Source: Hydrolagus colliei
Taxonomy: Eukaryota
Reading direction: 5' to 3'
DNA: 64,000 bases
Assembly: GCA_035084275.1 (NCBI GenBank)
Contig: CM068758.1
Coordinates: 5,518,001-5,582,000 of the forward strand
Shown: positions 60,831-64,000 of the stretch, piece after piece
Numbering within the stretch: the stretch's first letter is position 1
Layout of the letters: each line of letters opens with the position of its first letter
Translations under genes and position numbers: made by a program
Notes under the pieces: model-generated
The model's input: only the letters and a program-made list of their open reading frames with translations
Told to the model about the DNA's origin: nothing
The model's database searches: none

Positions 60831-62829
60831 ACACAGGTAAGGCTATGTACTGTATCAATAATGATTGTTGATGTAATTTTGTATTCACAAATTTGCTTCT
60901 ATTGTTCTGTCAAACGCTAGGAGAAAATTGTGGAAAATGTAACTCTCCAAACTCCAGGAAATTAAGTGAAAATTTGGTTTTATTTTGGAATAGCCCCTTA
61001 CGTCGACTGGCTGCAATGTAGGATCCGGCAATGCATGCAAAGGCCTGTTCTGACAGCGTGGGTGCCTTTTTTCCTCACTCCCTTCACCTCACCCCCTCTC
61101 TTCCCAGTTTCAGGTCACAGCTGAAGATCTTTCTTTTCGACCATGCCTTTGGTCACCTTTCTACCCCCTGCCCCTGGCTCAGTCCCGGGATCCGCTATTG
61201 TGAAGCACTCTGAGCACTCGTTCGGCATGGAGGGGATATATAAATTGAAATTGTTGTTGTTGTTGTTTTTGTTACTGGAAACTAGCAATGCCAGAATATA
61301 TACCTTCAAAAATAGTCACTAAATTTGAAAGTCATTATCTGTGATCCACTGAGAGGCAATGTGATAATATTTTATGCTTTTTAAAATCACTTACAGAAAA
61401 TCTCATCATATTTCAGAGATTGTTCAAATTATTTCATTCCAGAATGTGAACAATAATAGTTAGAGAGATATTAGCTTAAAGGAAGTACAAAAGGACAGTG
61501 TTCTAATGCCTTGCCTGTCCAGTGCCGAATACCTATTATTTTTCAGTGAAAGTATCTCGCTGGATGTTAAATCTCCATCTGAAGAGTAGGAAGTCAGAGC
61601 TTTGGTTATAAGCTTGGAAAGCCATTATAAGATCTAACTATGGACCAATGATCAGCAACACAGGGTCCTTCACTCATTCCTAGGCAGTTCTAGTGATTCT
61701 GTTTTTTGGTGAGGGAAACTATTGGGTTTCTCTTAAAATCTAAACCTGCCAGAATCAAGCAAGACCACTGACAGAATATATAGTTTAGTTTTAAAAATTT
61801 CTGATCACCTAATCATTCTCCCTAGAGGTATTTCACTTAAGTGGAGCTGAATGAAATGTACATAATCACTACCTTTTAGTGCTATTTTTACTTTATCTTC
61901 CAGCTGGAATCTCTCTAATTTAAGGTAATTCAATCCCATTAGAAACTACTTATCATCATCGTTTCTCTGTCGCCTCTGTCTGGCAGTGTCTCAAACCACC
62001 TTCAACCCAGAAAGCAAGCTGTGTTTATATCACAAAAATGTAGCAATGTCTGGGTAACATGATAGAAATCAGATCTAGAATAGCAGCAATAGGATCTAGT
62101 TTTTTTCAGCAACTTTATGAATTAAGTTTTAAAAAGAAAACATTAAATATATATTGGTTACAGTGGTGCAGGACAAAAAAAATTCCAGGCTCGCTGAGTT
62201 GTTTTCGGATCTAACCCTGTAATGATGTATCCTTGGCAACATTAGGGAGAGATCAAGTTAATCAAATAGATTTAAAAAAAATAATAGAAATATTGTTTTT
62301 AAAAAAGAACAAAAATGTCCAGTGTGAGGATGGAGATGAAATAATTTTGAGTGTAATTTTGGTTGATGGTTCTTTCCAATTTAGAAATAATCGATATAAA
62401 CAATGGAAATATAGTCTATTTTTAAGACTGGAATATTTAAACAGCTCAACTGTAATACCAAGAGTATGTACTCAGGTTAATTCTGTGGGGCAGGAAACTT
62501 TACTATGATAAATCTCTCATCTTTCTGTATTATATAAATACTAAGTCAATGGTCCAATCTTTCCTTTGGTTGTTGCCAGATTGTCCGATAGAATCTTCAT
62601 GCTCACAATGTTAAAATTAAAACTCATCACATGATCTCTTACTCTTAACTCATTATATCCCAAGATTTCAAAATTGTGGAACACCTCACCAGTCTCAATC
62701 CTCTCTCCTAAAATCTGCAGGCTTGGAGTTGCTTAATTGCTATTTGATTTATCTAACCTTCTTGCCTACTCTTTTCAAGTGTGCATCTCATCTTAAACAT
62801 AATCCCAACAATAATGATCTTGATGTCAC

Positions 62830-63160
62830 GTTAGAAGGATGTTTCAAAGTGCTGCACAAAATATACCGCAGAGTACAATGATTGTACATTGTAGGTGAAA
62901 CACAGCAGCCAATTTACGTGTTGCAATAATCCACAAGCAGCCATGACCAATTTTATTTGAGGATTGTTAAATCTGGAGACCAAGAGAGACTCCCGTCTCT
63001 TTTCAAATAGTGCCATGGGATTGTTTGCCCTACCTGAACAGGCAGACAGGATCATCCAAAGATTGGCACCTCCGGAAATGCAGTGTCAGCCTAGACAGTA
63101 TGTGCGCCAAACGGGGCTCGAACCTCCAACCTCTTGGCATGAGTGCTACCAGATGAGCTT
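62830..63160 (-). mobile_element. Deu-domain SINE
   Basis: caaatagtgccatgggat...cctgaacaggcagacagg...tgcagtgtcagcctaga...gggctcgaacctccaacc, the reverse of a SacSINE-like element. Confidence 0.7.
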
Positions 63161-64000
63161 TTCAAAGGGAACATTTTTCTTTAATTGCTTACCTGTTGCG
63201 GCCAGTGTCTATGTTTAACATTGATTATTTATGTTTAACATCAACTGGAAGAATGTTGTTCTGTGGAACCAAATTAAATGACAGCAACTCAGGGGGCAAG
63301 GAGGAAAGTGTTGTTATGGTGTGATACAGTGAGGATGGTGTCAAGTGGAGGCAAAGTTATTGTCCTTAATCTCTTACTAAGTGTGTGGTGTGTGTATGGT
63401 GGGGGGCTGGGAACGGTCGTCTGGCACCATCAGAGATCCATCAGGGTTCTTTGTCCCTCTCACACAGTTTTGGATTCACCATGTCAGGCTAGTGAGCTCA
63501 AGAAGGAGATTAGGAGAGGAAAAACACAATACATACTGTATAGAAGGCAAACTATAGTACTTTTGGAGCTTTTGTTGCTGGGAAAAAGATATACTGTAAT
63601 TTCCTACTTCCAGCAAAACTTCCAAAATGCTTGTATATTCATGTTAGAAACAGCTACTGTTTCCAGAAAAAAGATAAAACCTCACAGGTATTTTGCATGT
63701 ACAATTCGGCACATTTATTAGAAAATCCCAAATTACATCACTAATATTATTTTCTTTTGTATTATATAGGATACAGGATTTTCATCCCTTTATGTTATGA
63801 AGTACAATTTAGCACTATATTCAATTGATGGTTTTTGTATTTTGTACAATACAATGTAATATATTTTATAAAACGACAAGTAGTCAAGAAGGTTAAAGTA
63901 GGATACTTAGTTCTCTGCTTCAAAGATGCAGGGAACAAACTTAACTGACATGGTTGAATTACTTTTAATACTAATGGAAAGGTTTGTAAATTCAATATTT

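Overview
This is vertebrate genomic DNA: spliced GT-AG exons, CpG depletion and dense retroposons. The repeat families (tRNA-derived SINE with an L2-type tail, Deu-type SINEs, L2, CR1, Tx1, palindromic Penelope derivatives) point to a cartilaginous fish, possibly a chimaera; the species is an inference. From 0.8 to 24 kb, the + strand carries the last nine coding exons (415 codons plus stop, frame kept at every junction) of a GT18 alpha-1,6-mannosylglycoprotein 6-beta-N-acetylglucosaminyltransferase. It is MGAT5B-like but lacks the MGAT5B loop insertion, so it may be a third paralogue. At about 32.45-32.6 kb there is a small CpG-rich promoter (CRE, GC box, E2F-like site) with a strong splice donor. 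This marks the start of a second + strand gene whose coding exons I could not identify. The rest is intronic or intergenic sequence with many TE relics. The most notable are TSD-flanked palindromic Penelope-type elements (one keeps a minimal hammerhead ribozyme core), a young 249-bp foldback element with an 8-bp TSD and telomere-like repeats, a small Helitron-like element, a Tx1 relic and a decayed piggyBac-like transposase. I found no prokaryotic-type system such as CRISPR or operons, and nothing I can claim as a demonstrably new biological system.
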